From Reclinomonas americana ATCC 50394 (taxonomy: Eukaryota): 49,123 nucleotides of DNA. The notes below the pieces were generated by a model. The model ran no database searches. It worked only from the letters and a program-made list of their open reading frames with translations, and was not told the origin of the DNA. Positions within the stretch are counted from its first letter, which is position 1. Every line of letters begins with the position of its first letter. A program made the translations under genes and the position numbers. The DNA lies in contig PS015016.1 of the NCBI GenBank assembly GCA_048213135.1, positions 142,340 to 191,462 on the forward strand, written 5' to 3'. Positions 37,808 to 49,123 of the stretch are shown in pieces.

Positions 37808-40800
37808 GTTGGTTGCTAATGTTGCCGCTGCTGAAACGATGATCAGATGCGACTGCTGTCGCATTCCTCGAGGATATTGTCGAGTTGCGCGGTGACGCTG
37901 CACTGCTGATGGTGCGGTTGGAGACGGTGCAATCTGTGCCGCTGCTCGGACCGCAGAGTGCGGCCGCCGCTGCCAGTTGCGTTCACTGTCTCTGCACGAA
38001 AATCACTCTCGGCATCCGGGTGCTGAAACATACATACTACTGCGTGCATGATGAAACAGTCACGCGCAGCGTGCGAGCGGTGTTTGCCGCTCTGTTGCAC
38101 CACAATGGAATCACCTCGGATGCCATGTCCACTGCGCTTGGTGGCGCCGGTGCCGCCATTTCCGAGAGCCTCTCGCGCTGCTGGAAGACAGCCATCAAGG
38201 TAGATTGCAAAGTGCGCTGCCGCAGATCTGCCTGTGTACTCATCTTACAACTTTCCCACGCAGCTTTCCAAGTGGCTCATGCAGCGGTACCAGCAGGAAC
38301 GCAGCAAGCTTGCCGATGAAGATGAGGGCTCGGGTATTTCGTTGCGTCAGAGCGTCGATGATGGATATTCATGCACTCCTCGTCTCTGTTGTTTTTTGAA
38401 TTCCTCCTCGTGCTCGCTACGACTCGCAGCAACCTGTACGACTCGATCTGCAAAAAGGTCGTGAAGCGTGCTCGCTTTTTCATTGAGCTGCTGCCGTTCA
38501 TGAACGTTGCGTATGCGATGCACTCTGTTTTGTGAGCCTTCACACTGTGACTGACGTCATGCGAGCAGATTGTGACGGAGACTCCGGGTACGCCAAATCC
38601 CGCCAATCGTCGTGAACTGACGGAGAGTCAGCGACGCGCGAGAAGTGTAGCCATGGCCTGGAAGAACTTGCGCCGATCTGGCCTCGCGTCCGGCGAAGAT
38701 CGCTTCAGCCACGTGTGGCGCCTGCTGATCCACTTTGTCGGTGCCCCGGTATCCATCAAGAAACTGCGAGTCGCCATTATTGCACGCCAGCGCCGTGCGC
38801 GACTGCGTGCCGCCGGACTCAAAGCCATGAGTGACATGTTCCAGGCCGCGAAACTGGTCAGCATTCGGCAGGAGATTTTGCGCGCACTCGTTCCTGCTCT
38901 GCAGGAGGCGAGCCAGCCGCTCTCTGCTGCACCGACAGTCGTCAACAACCTCGAGGTCTTTTTTCTTTCATTTTGCGCGCGTGTGCGTATCTCACCGATG
39001 CCCTGACAAGCGACTTGTGACAGGGTTGTGGCCACGAGTGCCTGCTGTCGGTGAAGATGGCGTTCATGAAGCTGTACTCGGAGCTGGTCCGTGCATTGCA
39101 CGACCCAGTCAGTGCGGGCGAGGGTCTCATCACCAGCATCCTGCACGCATTCAACGTGGACTACAAGGGCGAGAACGACATTTTGGTGCAGCTCGAAGTG
39201 TTTACGGCTGTGCGCGAGATGCTGTCTGGAGTTTCGTTTGCGTGTCTGTGGGTCTTATTCAGGGCATTCGCCCGATCCTCACCAATGCCGTATGCTCCTC
39301 TCCACAGCCGCAAGCAGTCATCGGTTCCGCTCAGCGTGCCACTTGGATGCTGTTCGAGTTGGTGATGTCGAACGCCCTGCGTACTTCGTCGTCGACCGAG
39401 TCGGTCAGTGAGGTGCGGCAGATCGACGTGGAGCCCATCTTTGAGTTGCTGGTGGACCAAGTCACCAAGATTGGCCACGACATTGACAACCGTGTCTCGG
39501 ACGATGCCGACGGTGCGTGTCAGTTTGCGGGTGCTTCTGTATACTCCGTTCTCACCCTTGTTTACACTTTCGTGTGGGCTGCAGACGGCACGATTTCATC
39601 CACTCCCAAGCACGTGATTGTCAGCAATGCATTCGACACGGCTGTCGTACAGGCACAGGCGGTGCAACAGCAACAACTGCAACAGCAACAGCTGATGTTG
39701 CAGCAGCAGCAGCACATGCAGATGCAGCGTGAGGAGGAGCCGCAGCCAGAGGTGCGACGCAGCAGACGTGGCCGTCGATCGCGTGGCGGCGCCGCTGCTA
39801 CCGAGTCTTCTGGTGACGGCAGTGGCACCAGTGCAACCGTGCTCTCCACCTCTGGGACCGGCTTTGGTAGCTTGACAGCTGCAGCAAGTGCCTTGTCGCG
39901 TCATGCGTCGCACACGGAGATTCTTGCACTCCTGCTCTCGGCGTGTCGCTGGCAGCGAGCCAAGGAGCTCCTGTTCAGCGGTGATGTGATCTCCAGTCTG
40001 CTACGCATCTTCCGGTACGTCACCGCGGTTATTCTGGTGTGTTGTTGCGCCATGCTCACCCCCCGTTTCGCAGTCACGGCGATCACAAGCTGCAGCTGCT
40101 GGCGCTACGGATTCTGCGCAAAGTGCTGCCTGTGCATCCGCGACTCGAAGAGGTCAAGCGCCTTCCCTCTCATTTTTCTACTCAGTGCATTGTGCTTACT
40201 TCTACATGCCATCTCTGCAGGTGGACGCCGCTGCCACCTCACAATTCCCGTCGCAATGCACAACCGTGTCGTCGGTGCCGGGCTCGGCCTTTGTCTCTTT
40301 GATTCTGTACACGTGCGGCGTGTCCGTGTGCCTGCCGGTGGCTTGTTGCGTCTGTTGCCGGTATCTCGCGTGTTTTTTTCGTGCATAGTGACCCGCTCCT
40401 GTGTTTGTGCGAATCGAGCAGATGGCGAAGAGGGTGCCTTCCTGCGCACGGCACTGGACGTGCAGAGTCCCGCTGAGACACCATCTGCGGAAGCTTCAAG
40501 TGCTCCATCTGCAGCAATCTACGGTGTGCTTGTCGGTGAATGCGTCTCGCTGGTCCGGCTGCTCTTCCAGAGCGCATCATGGGTACGGTCGTGCAGAAAC
40601 TATGCATGCAGGTGGTCTCCGTTTTTTGACACTGTCTGTGTGTACGTGTGCATCTGCAGAAATCGGCCCTGCTTGCTGTGGTGTCGATGGCGTTCACTTC
40701 GCTGTCTGAGTTTGCTGCTGCAGCGGATCACGAGTGGCGCGCGTCAGAGTGGTCGGTGGACAAATGGCGCCGTTACATTCTGCTGCTGGCCTCTGTCGCA

Positions 40801-42934
40801 GTTTGCGGTCCGTGTGTCGTCCGTGTGTGTGTGCGTTGTGCATGTTTCAACTTAACGCTTTGCTTCGTATTGGATGGCAGGTGGACATATCGAGGCTCCT
40901 CGTGTCGGTGCCAGGCTGTTCCACAAAGACAAGTCGCAGTTCTCGACCATGTTGTCGGTGTCGAATGCGTTCAGCTTTAGTGTCGTTGTCGACCGTTCCT
41001 CAACTCCGACGTCGCTGAGCTGCAAGGGATTGCTGGTTGTGCCAGAGGTGGGTGTGACCGTGTTTTCGTTGCAGTGGATTGCGTACTGAGGAGACAATAA
41101 TGCAGGTGCAACCGCCAGTGGAGACGTTTGAGCAATTGTTCCACGTCGAACAGTTGGATGCGCTGTTCCACTACACGGAGGCGGTGCAGACAACTGGCGA
41201 AGGGCTTCGTGCAGAGCGCGATCGCATCGGCTCATCCAAGCTGCTGAACTGCCTGTTGCGAACGTCGACCCTCCGCATGTTGTCGGTGTTGGTCAGCCAG
41301 GAATCGTTTGTCGAGTCACTGGCGTCCAGCGGCCGTCTGTCGAGTCTCCTGGCGTTGTCGTTTGAGACTGCCCGCGCCGAGCGACCAATCAAGGAGATCG
41401 AGGATCTGACCACTGGCGCAATGACCTGGCTCCTCCGATCGGGCGTCTCGCAAGCGAACTCGGAAGTCAGGGTCGCGTTTGACGGTACGGAATCGTCGCC
41501 CCTCGACACTGATATTGTCCATACATTTGTTTGTTTTTGTGCTTCGCTCATGCAGCATCTGCACATGCACAGGCACGGTGCAGCTGAACGTGCTCAATGG
41601 TTTCGATCAGTGGGATGGCTTTGTCTCCGACACCAATCTCGGTCGTACTGCGAGCTTCCCGCCCACTCCCGTGCGCTACTTGCATTTCGAGTCGCCGCTG
41701 CCGTCTACCGCCGAGGTCAACGGCAAGGTGGTGATGTTGTACGCTGCGCGCGATTTCGAAGAGCGAGTTGCGTTCCCACGGCGACGAGAGTTTCCTGCTG
41801 CTGCTGCTGCTTTTATTTTTGCAAGCTGATGGTGATTGCTGCTCTTGGCGGTGCTGCAGATTCAAACGCTGCAGAAGAAGTTCACGCCAGTGTGCATTCT
41901 GGTCCAGGCAATGTCCGACGCCAATGTGCCTGCCAGCTTGACTGCTTTCAAGCAGGCATCGCGTGGCTGCCCGGTGCTGCGAGTAACACGTGACTTTACC
42001 AATCGCCTGATTGACGAGCTCGGTATCGAGAATCCGCTGACCGTGTTTGCCTCCGCTCTGGCCGACAACATGTCGAAGGATGTTGCGTGTGGCGTGTTTT
42101 TGAGATTGGCGCCTCACGTTCACTTTAACAACTCGTGCACGGCCATGCAGTATCCTCGCGAGTATGCCATGAAGGCACTGGAGAAGTGCGGTTACGATAC
42201 GACGCAAGCGGGTGAGTTGGGCGTGCTCTCTCGGGCAGTCGCCACACGTGATGTCTAATACGGTCGTGTAGAGAACTGGCTCAAGTACAACTACGAGATG
42301 TTGCTGGAGGAGGAGGAGCTCAACAAGGTGATGGCGCAAGAAAAGGATCGCGTACGCAAGCGCGACACGGAGACGACAACGGTGGCCAAGAAGGAGGCCT
42401 TCGACTTGTGCAAGATTCTGCGCAGCAACGTCACGTTCCTGGACGGAGGTTTGTGTGTTATCGCGACAAGGAGAAACACAGCCCCGCGCGCTCACTGTTG
42501 CGTCAGTGGTTACCGGCGAGTCGCTGGCGGATATCTTTGGTTCCCCCACCACTGAGTTCCCTGGTATTGTCAAGTACCACTTTGCGCACCTCAAGTCCAA
42601 GAGCTTTGGTCAAAATGCGTTTGCCCAACCCGGAGGCTTTGGTCAGCAGCCTGGCGGCTTTGGCCAGCCGGGAGGCTTTGGTCAGCAGCCTGGCGGATTT
42701 GGACAACCGGCCGGCTTTGGCCAGCCTGGATTGTTTGGTCAACCGGCAGGCTTTGGCCAGCCTGCACTGTTCGGGCAGCCAGCATTCGGACAACCTGCTG
42801 GCTTTGGCGGTGGAATGCTGGACGGACAACAACAACAACAACAATTGACGGTCAACTCTGTCACCCATGACTGTGCGTTGGTTCTTTCCCCCACATGCGA
42901 TACCCTTGCTGCTCGGTCTCACTGCGTCTCGATT

Positions 42935-42978
<44 letters not shown>

Positions 42979-45900
42979 TAGTGCTCTCGTCGCTGTCGAG
43001 TTTGCATGTGCAGTACGCGCGCCACGCGGTTATCTCGATGGTTGCCCGCTGGCCACTGCCTGTGCCGTTCTCCAGTCTCGGCGATACCGCCACCGTGTCC
43101 AAGATCGTTCGTCTCACGCACGTGTGCTCGGATGTGGTGCACAAGGTGCCGCTGGTGAGCGAGCCCACTCTGGCGCAGGATCGACTCGCCAGTATCCTCT
43201 CGCACGAGGTCGCCGCCAACGAGTTGCGCCTCTGTGCTCTATCCTCAGTCGCTCTGATTTGTGTGTGTCCTGTCCTCACTATGCATCTTGCAGGAGCTGG
43301 CTGCGCGGCATCATGGTTACCGATGTCTTGCAGGCTCTGGACATTGATCCGAATGCAAATACTCGCTCGGTGATGTTTGAGAGCGAGCATCCGGTACGTC
43401 TCCGCACACTTGCGTGTATTACGGAGCTCCTGTTTCACGTTTCTCTTGGTTGCTGCAGGTCATTCCGCAACAGCGACCGCCGATGCGCGTGTCGTTGCCC
43501 GGCGCGCCCTCTCTCGTTATTCGAATGGATCCCGCCATGGACTTCTCAGCAAACGAGTTCCTGTGCTTCTTCCGTCGTGAAACGTGCCAGCCGCAAGATC
43601 AGCTGGGGCGAGTGGGTAGTGGACAACCCATTCCGCCGAGTATCACGTTGCCTGTCGACACGTGCTGGTGAGAGCGTGCGCGTGTGTGTGCGTGCGTGCA
43701 TTTATTTCCTGCTATTGAGAAAGTTCATCGTTTGGTGTTTGCGTGCATTCTCAGGGTCGTCTACCAGGCCGAGATGTGGGGCCGCCAGAGCTGGGGATTC
43801 CGTTTTACCGCAGTCGCTGGAGACAGCGATTCGGATGCCGATTCGCCTCTGGAGCTGACGACGGCGCTTGGTGTGAAGACGATGCAGCTGCTCCTCAAAT
43901 CGCCCAACCTGCACTTGCCGCTGTCGGTGAGAGTCCCGTTCCGCGATTCGTCGCGCTAGCCTCGCTGCATCTCACATTGTGTGTACGCAATAGCTGCTGG
44001 AGAAGCTGTTGGAGACGCTGCCGCGGTCAGACAGTGTGGTGGCAGCGCGGTGGATGCGTGTGGCCATTCAGATGTTCAATCGGTGGAGCGAGTTCGACCA
44101 CGAGTCGTTGACATCGCGAGCGCACAAGGAGCGCATCCTGGAGGTGAGCTGCTGCACACCCACAGCTGCATTGTCGGCTGTCTCCACTTGGTGTCGCTGA
44201 ATCGTGAGTGCAGCTTCTGGAGACCATTCCCAAGAATCTCGTGGAGGAGGTGCAAGGCGAGGGCTCAGTGAGCATCATGATGCCGAACGAGGACAGCATC
44301 ACATGCCGTGGCGTCGAACCCATTGTGGTCGCGTCAGCCATGGAGACAGTGCTGGTAAGTTTGCGAGTGAGAGCGAGACCACGGAGATGTTTCGTCACGT
44401 GCTCACGTTCTGTAGATTGGAATGCGCACTGTTCGACTGGACGAGTCGGGTGTGGGACGTGATATTCCGGTGCCAGACTTTTTGTCGGCCAAGCGCGGCG
44501 ACTTTGTGGTGTTGGACGATCCGTTTGATGAAGCCAACGGACCGGGCCGCCCTGTTCCTGGTGGCTTTGGTGCCCAGCCGGCGTTTGGTGGTGGTTTCGG
44601 CGGCGGTGGCGGCGGCTTTGGTGCGTCCTCATTCTCGTTCGGCTCGACAGCTCCCGCATATGGCTTTGGTGCCGCTGCAGGTGGCTTTGGTGGCTTTGGA
44701 GGCGCGTCGAGCTTTGGTGGTGCTGTCAGCAGCTCGAGCGCCAGTGGATCGTCTCGTCGACCCACCGTGGAAGATGAAGATGACGATGTTCCGCTTCCCG
44801 AGGACGACGACGACGCGCCCTTCTTTGGCCCGGAACTGCCAACTGCCGCCGATTCCGCGCAGTCGCCCACCGGGGGTGCGGGTGCTGCGGCCGCCGGCGC
44901 CTCTGCCAGTGGTTCCAGCGGAAGCGGCGCTGCAGATGCAGCAAAGACCACAATGTCGAGCTTCACGCCCGAGCAACTGAAAAGTGCGTGCACGTGTGGG
45001 GTGGGTGAATAGCGTGTGACAAGCGAGTCATGCTAACATTATGTGCGCTTTGTGCAGTCCTGGCGGATCATCGCAAGGGCAAGGCTCTCAGCGCACTCGT
45101 TACGCTCTGGCCGTCGCAAAAGCGCGCACAGTTCACCAAGGACAACAAGGTACGATTGGCGAACACGTTGCATGCGTGCATCATATGTGTTCTTAACCAA
45201 CCCTGTGTGCGTTTTTTGCAGTTCTGGTTGATGAACACGTACGAGAACACCCTGGCTATCACCGACACAGTTGTCAGTTGCGCCACCACTCCTGCACCGA
45301 TTTGTTCCCTTGCGTGTGTGGTGTGTGCACTCACTGCGCTTTTTCTCGACAGATGGTGGCAAGTGGTACTTTGAGTGCGAGGTCAAGCTCGGCCAAAACA
45401 CCAACGTCTTCATCGGCGTTGTCCGCTCCAATTTCACGTTTGTGGTGCGTTCGTTGATCATGTGCGATGCAGTGACGGTATTTCGAGTCTTGCGAGCCGT
45501 CCTCACTCTCTGTCTGCTTGACAGAATGGCGTGCAACTGGGCTGCGACAACGCCGGCGCCTCCTGGGCCATGGCGATTCCGACCAACCAGCTGCGCCACG
45601 GCAATGTGCTCACCAGCAGCTTTGCCTACGATTGGTCTGTGTTGTTGGTTGCTTGCTTTGGGGTTTCAGTGCCCGACGCATTTTTNNNNNNNNNNNNNNN
45701 NNNNNNNNNNNNNNNNNNNNNNNNNNNNNNNNNNNNNNNNNNNNNNNNNNNNNNNNNNNNNNNNNNNNNNNNNNNNNNNNNNNNNNNNNNNNNNNNNNNN
45801 NNNNNNNNNNNNNNNNNNNNNNNNNNNNNNNNNNNNNNNNNNNNNNNNNNNNNNNNNNNNNNNNNNNNNNNNNNNNNNNNNNNNNNNNNNNNNNNNNNNN

Positions 45901-48900
45901 NNNNNNNNNNNNNNNNNNNNNNNNNNNNNNNNNNNNNNNNNNNNNNNNNNNNNNNNNNNNNNNNNNNNNNNNNNNNNNNNNNNNNNNNNNNNNNNNNNNN
46001 NNNNNNNNNNNNNNNNNNNNNNNNNNNNNNNNNNNNNNNNNNNNNNNNNNNNNNNNNNNNNNNNNNNNNNNNNNNNNNNNNNNNNNNNNNNNNNNNNNNN
46101 NNNNNNNNNNNNNNNNNNNNNNNNNNNNNNNNNNNNNNNNNNNNNNNNNNNNNNNNNNNNNNNNNNNNNNNNNNNNNNNNNNNNNNNNNNNNNNNNNNNN
46201 NNNNNNNNNNNNNNNNNNNNNNNNNNNNNNNNNNNNNNNNNNNNNNNNNNNNNNNNNNNNNNNNNNNNNNNNNNNNNNNNNNNNNNNNNNNNNNNNNNNN
46301 NNNNNNNNNNNNNNNNNNNNNNNNNNNNNNNNNNNNNNNNNNNNNNNNNNNNNNNNNNNNNNNNNNNNNNNNNNNNNNNNNNNNNNNNNNNNNNNNNNNN
46401 NNNNNNNNNNNNNNNNNNNNNNNNNNNNNNNNNNNNNNNNNNNNNNNNNNNNNNNNNNNNNNNNNNNNNNNNNNNNNNNNNNNNNNNNNNNNNNNNNNNN
46501 NNNNNNNNNNNNNNNNNNNNNNNNACGGTAAACGGTCATGCATGTGCATTACCTCTCTCACACACAGTGGCGTGCTGCAGAGGTGCGAACTTGGGTCGAC
46601 GATGTCATGTCGTGCTACGAGACTCTGTTGGCGGCACAAAGCGGCGAGGCGATTTCCGAGGCGTTTATGGACCGCTGTCTCGAGGGCGAAGGCTTGCCGA
46701 CCGGTGCGTGCGTGTGTGCGATGTCTGTGAGACCAGACGCGTGGCAGACTGTCGTTGACTGATGATGGTCGCAGAGACCACGCTCGCCTTGGAGGTTTTG
46801 TCGTGCGATGTGCCGACACGTCCGGGCGACAACATGAGTCTGTCGACCCTCACGGAGAACGATGGTGTGGCGTACACATTCCGCAAGGGTCGCAATGTGC
46901 ACGTCTCGTTCCGCATGGACGAGGACCAGGACTTTTTGCTGACCAAGATTCGAGTGTCACCCGGGTATGTTGCTAGCTGCTCAGCATGCGTTTTTGTTTT
47001 TTGTTCACTCGGACTTACCGCTGATTGGCACAGAGCGTTCGGCTCCAACCTGAGTGGCATGGTGTTTGTCACGGACGGTTTGTGTCGAATGTTGTTGTCA
47101 TTTGTCGTGCTCACCAACTGAATGCGCTTTCTTTATTCCGCTGCAGAGAAACCGCAATTCGACTCGCTGAGCTGGTGCGATGACTACGAGGAGGAGCGTT
47201 TCAAGAGTGCGTGGTGCTCTCTCTTGTTGGTCAAGTAGAGCCTTGCACGCCGTGTGCTCATCTGCGGTACAGAGTTCGCCGAGCGTAAGCGCGGCCTTGG
47301 CCAGGAGTGGCGCCCTCACGAACCGGTGGCGTACTTTATGTGCAATTCTGGGGCTGCGCCGACCACCAATGTGGCCGAGGTGCGACGCGGTCGCTACGTG
47401 ACTATCAGTTGCGGATGCGATCGCACGAGTTGTGCGAGTCTCAGCATTCTGACGTGCTATCCACACAGAGTTCATCCAGTCGTCGACTCCGCACGAGATC
47501 TCTGTGACGTTTGTGGAATTCACCGGCGTGCCTGGCGTCCATCCGGTGAGCGTGCACTCATTTTTTCGCGCCACTGCACTGCACCATCTGCTCATCGCAT
47601 TGTTTCTTGCAGTTGGCGCATCTGTACGGACAGCCGTCACTGGCCACCGAAGCGGACCGACTGCGTCTTGAGCTGAAACGCAACATGGTGTTCGACACCA
47701 GTTGGACCAGCGAGCATGACCGCGAATTGGTGGAACTGGTTTGTGGAAGAGGCGCGCTCGTGCGGTGGTGGTTAACTTGTGACATGCTCATTGCGTCGAC
47801 AGAGTCAAGTGTGCAGCAAGCGGTGGGGTATCAAGCCGTCGTCGGTCGACGTGTTCATGTTGAAGCCGACTGCCGAGGATCTGATGCGTTTCTACGCGCT
47901 GCGGGTGCGCTCGTTGATGTTTACGTGGTTGTGGGTGTGTTTTTGCATAACGAATGCTGGCGTGCTGTGCGCAGCGAGTCACCAAAGTGGAGACACTTCG
48001 TGCACGCCTCGCCATCATCAAGATGCTGAATCGCGCCGTCGTTCCGCTGCTGCGCTATTGCACGCTGTTGCCCGATGCGGTGACGGAAGAGGGATCGCTC
48101 AGCGCTCGCATCTTTGAGGTCAAGGAGGCGCTGTACTTGCACAACAAGACGGCGTTCTGGAATGCCGTGCTGTCGCAGACCACGGAACGCAACGGTGGTG
48201 GTGGCCTGTTCGCTTCGCGCGTGTCCATCAATCGTGTGAAGGCCACGCTGGCTCGCACTGGTTGGTGGTGTGCCAGTGCGTGCCGTGCAAACTGTCTCAT
48301 TTGCTGATCGCGCGTGCAATACAGAGCCTGCCAAGGATCCGGATGGCGCCAAGTCTATCTTTGGACAGTTGTACGCCTCTGTGCACCTGATGGCCCCGCG
48401 CCAGCTGCGACGCAATCACCAGTTGTGGAATGTGGAGTTTGTCGGGTGCGGTGTTTGGTCCTCTCACTTCTTCTCCATGTATTCGACTGTTCCTCACCCC
48501 TTCTATTCCACGCTCGCAGCGAGGGCTCCATCGATGCTGGGTTCGTTGTTTTTCTCACTCTTGTGCTGTTGCTGCAAGCTTTGCTTGATTCTCATGGCTG
48601 TTGCGTATTGCCTGACACGTTACTCAGTGGACCTTACCGTGAGGTATGTCATCACGTGCAAGTGTTACCGGGACGGGGGCTAATAATTGACTTGTCGTTT
48701 CGCAGTCGATTACGCTGGCTTGTGCCGATCTCATGTCGTCGGCCACCCCGCTGTTTATCAAATCGCCCAACGGTCGTCACGGGCTCGGCATCAACCGGTG
48801 AGTCGCGTGGAGAGGGAGAAGAGAGGAGGAGGAGGAGAAGAAGATGATGATGATGATGACCACGGTCAAGGAGGGCAAGAGAAGGAGGAGTAAGAGGAAG

Positions 48901-49123
48901 AGAAGAAGGTGTTTGTGTGCTGACGTGCATGTGCCGCAGTGAGAAATTCATTCCGAATCCGAGTGCGACATCATCGTTGCACCTCGACATGTATCGTGTC
49001 GTCGGCATGCTGATGGGAGTGTCGCTCCGTTCACGCTTCCCGCTTGCGTTCGACTTGCCTTCCATTGTGTGGAAGCGACTGGTACGGCGTGACTGCAATT
49101 CGTGTGTGCGTCTCTCATATCCA
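30232..49123 (+). CDS. Giant HERC/HECTD4-like HECT E3 ubiquitin ligase, 3' partial, dozens of short introns
   Basis: ARGSVRYLL and GLWKVGTGYQGTMQSRVY motifs; LamG-like (FTVEMWIR..WTHVALVADGSHITLYKDG); two ExxHP..WGF[KR] modules; UBA-like (YPREYAMKALEKCGYD..AENWL); SPRY-like (GKWYFECEV); HECT N-lobe (VEFVGEGSIDAGGPYRE..PLFIKSPNG..KFIPNP..GMLMGVSLR..LPSIVWKRL). Confidence 0.88.
37715..37804. repeat. Intronic (GT)n microsatellite next to a gap
   Basis: Direct reading. Confidence 0.95.
42605..42810 (+). repeat. Coding FGQ(Q)P[GA]G peptide repeat in the HECT ligase
   Basis: About ten FGQP-type units with synonymous codon variation. Confidence 0.85.
42939..42975. repeat. Intronic (CA)n microsatellite
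   Basis: Direct reading. Confidence 0.95.

Noticed and set aside
42605-42810. CRISPR-like or non-coding tandem array
   Set aside because: No spacers; synonymous variation shows a peptide repeat.
1-49123. U12-type introns or introner elements
   Set aside because: No RTATCCTT donors seen; interiors of shifted-donor introns share no sequence or terminal repeats except between gene duplicates.
1-49123. Stop-codon reassignment to explain the fragmented ORFs
   Set aside because: Short spliceosomal introns account for the breaks; TAA, TAG and TGA all terminate genes.

Overview
Draft-assembly window from a compact, GC-rich, very intron-dense eukaryote (unidentified protist; standard code; introns mostly ~50-100 nt, CTSAC-like branch motif, YAG acceptors). 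Genes were spliced by hand: partial midasin (one internal contig inverted between gaps), CZIB/DUF866, an orphan 7TM protein, TFIIH p52, two tandem copies of a secreted Pmp-like beta-helix protein (the duplication also carries an ABC 3' fragment), two ABCB6/ATM1-type half transporters, PPIL1, and a >18.9 kb HERC/HECTD4-like HECT ligase with FG-repeat inserts that runs off the right edge. Main finding: 49 frame-checked introns (roughly a quarter by hand estimate) use a 5' splice site shifted by one base, GTTGCGT (G at +6, rarely G at -1), alongside ordinary G|GTGCGT/GTGAGT donors. This register is known as a rare exception in mammals but is a major donor class here.
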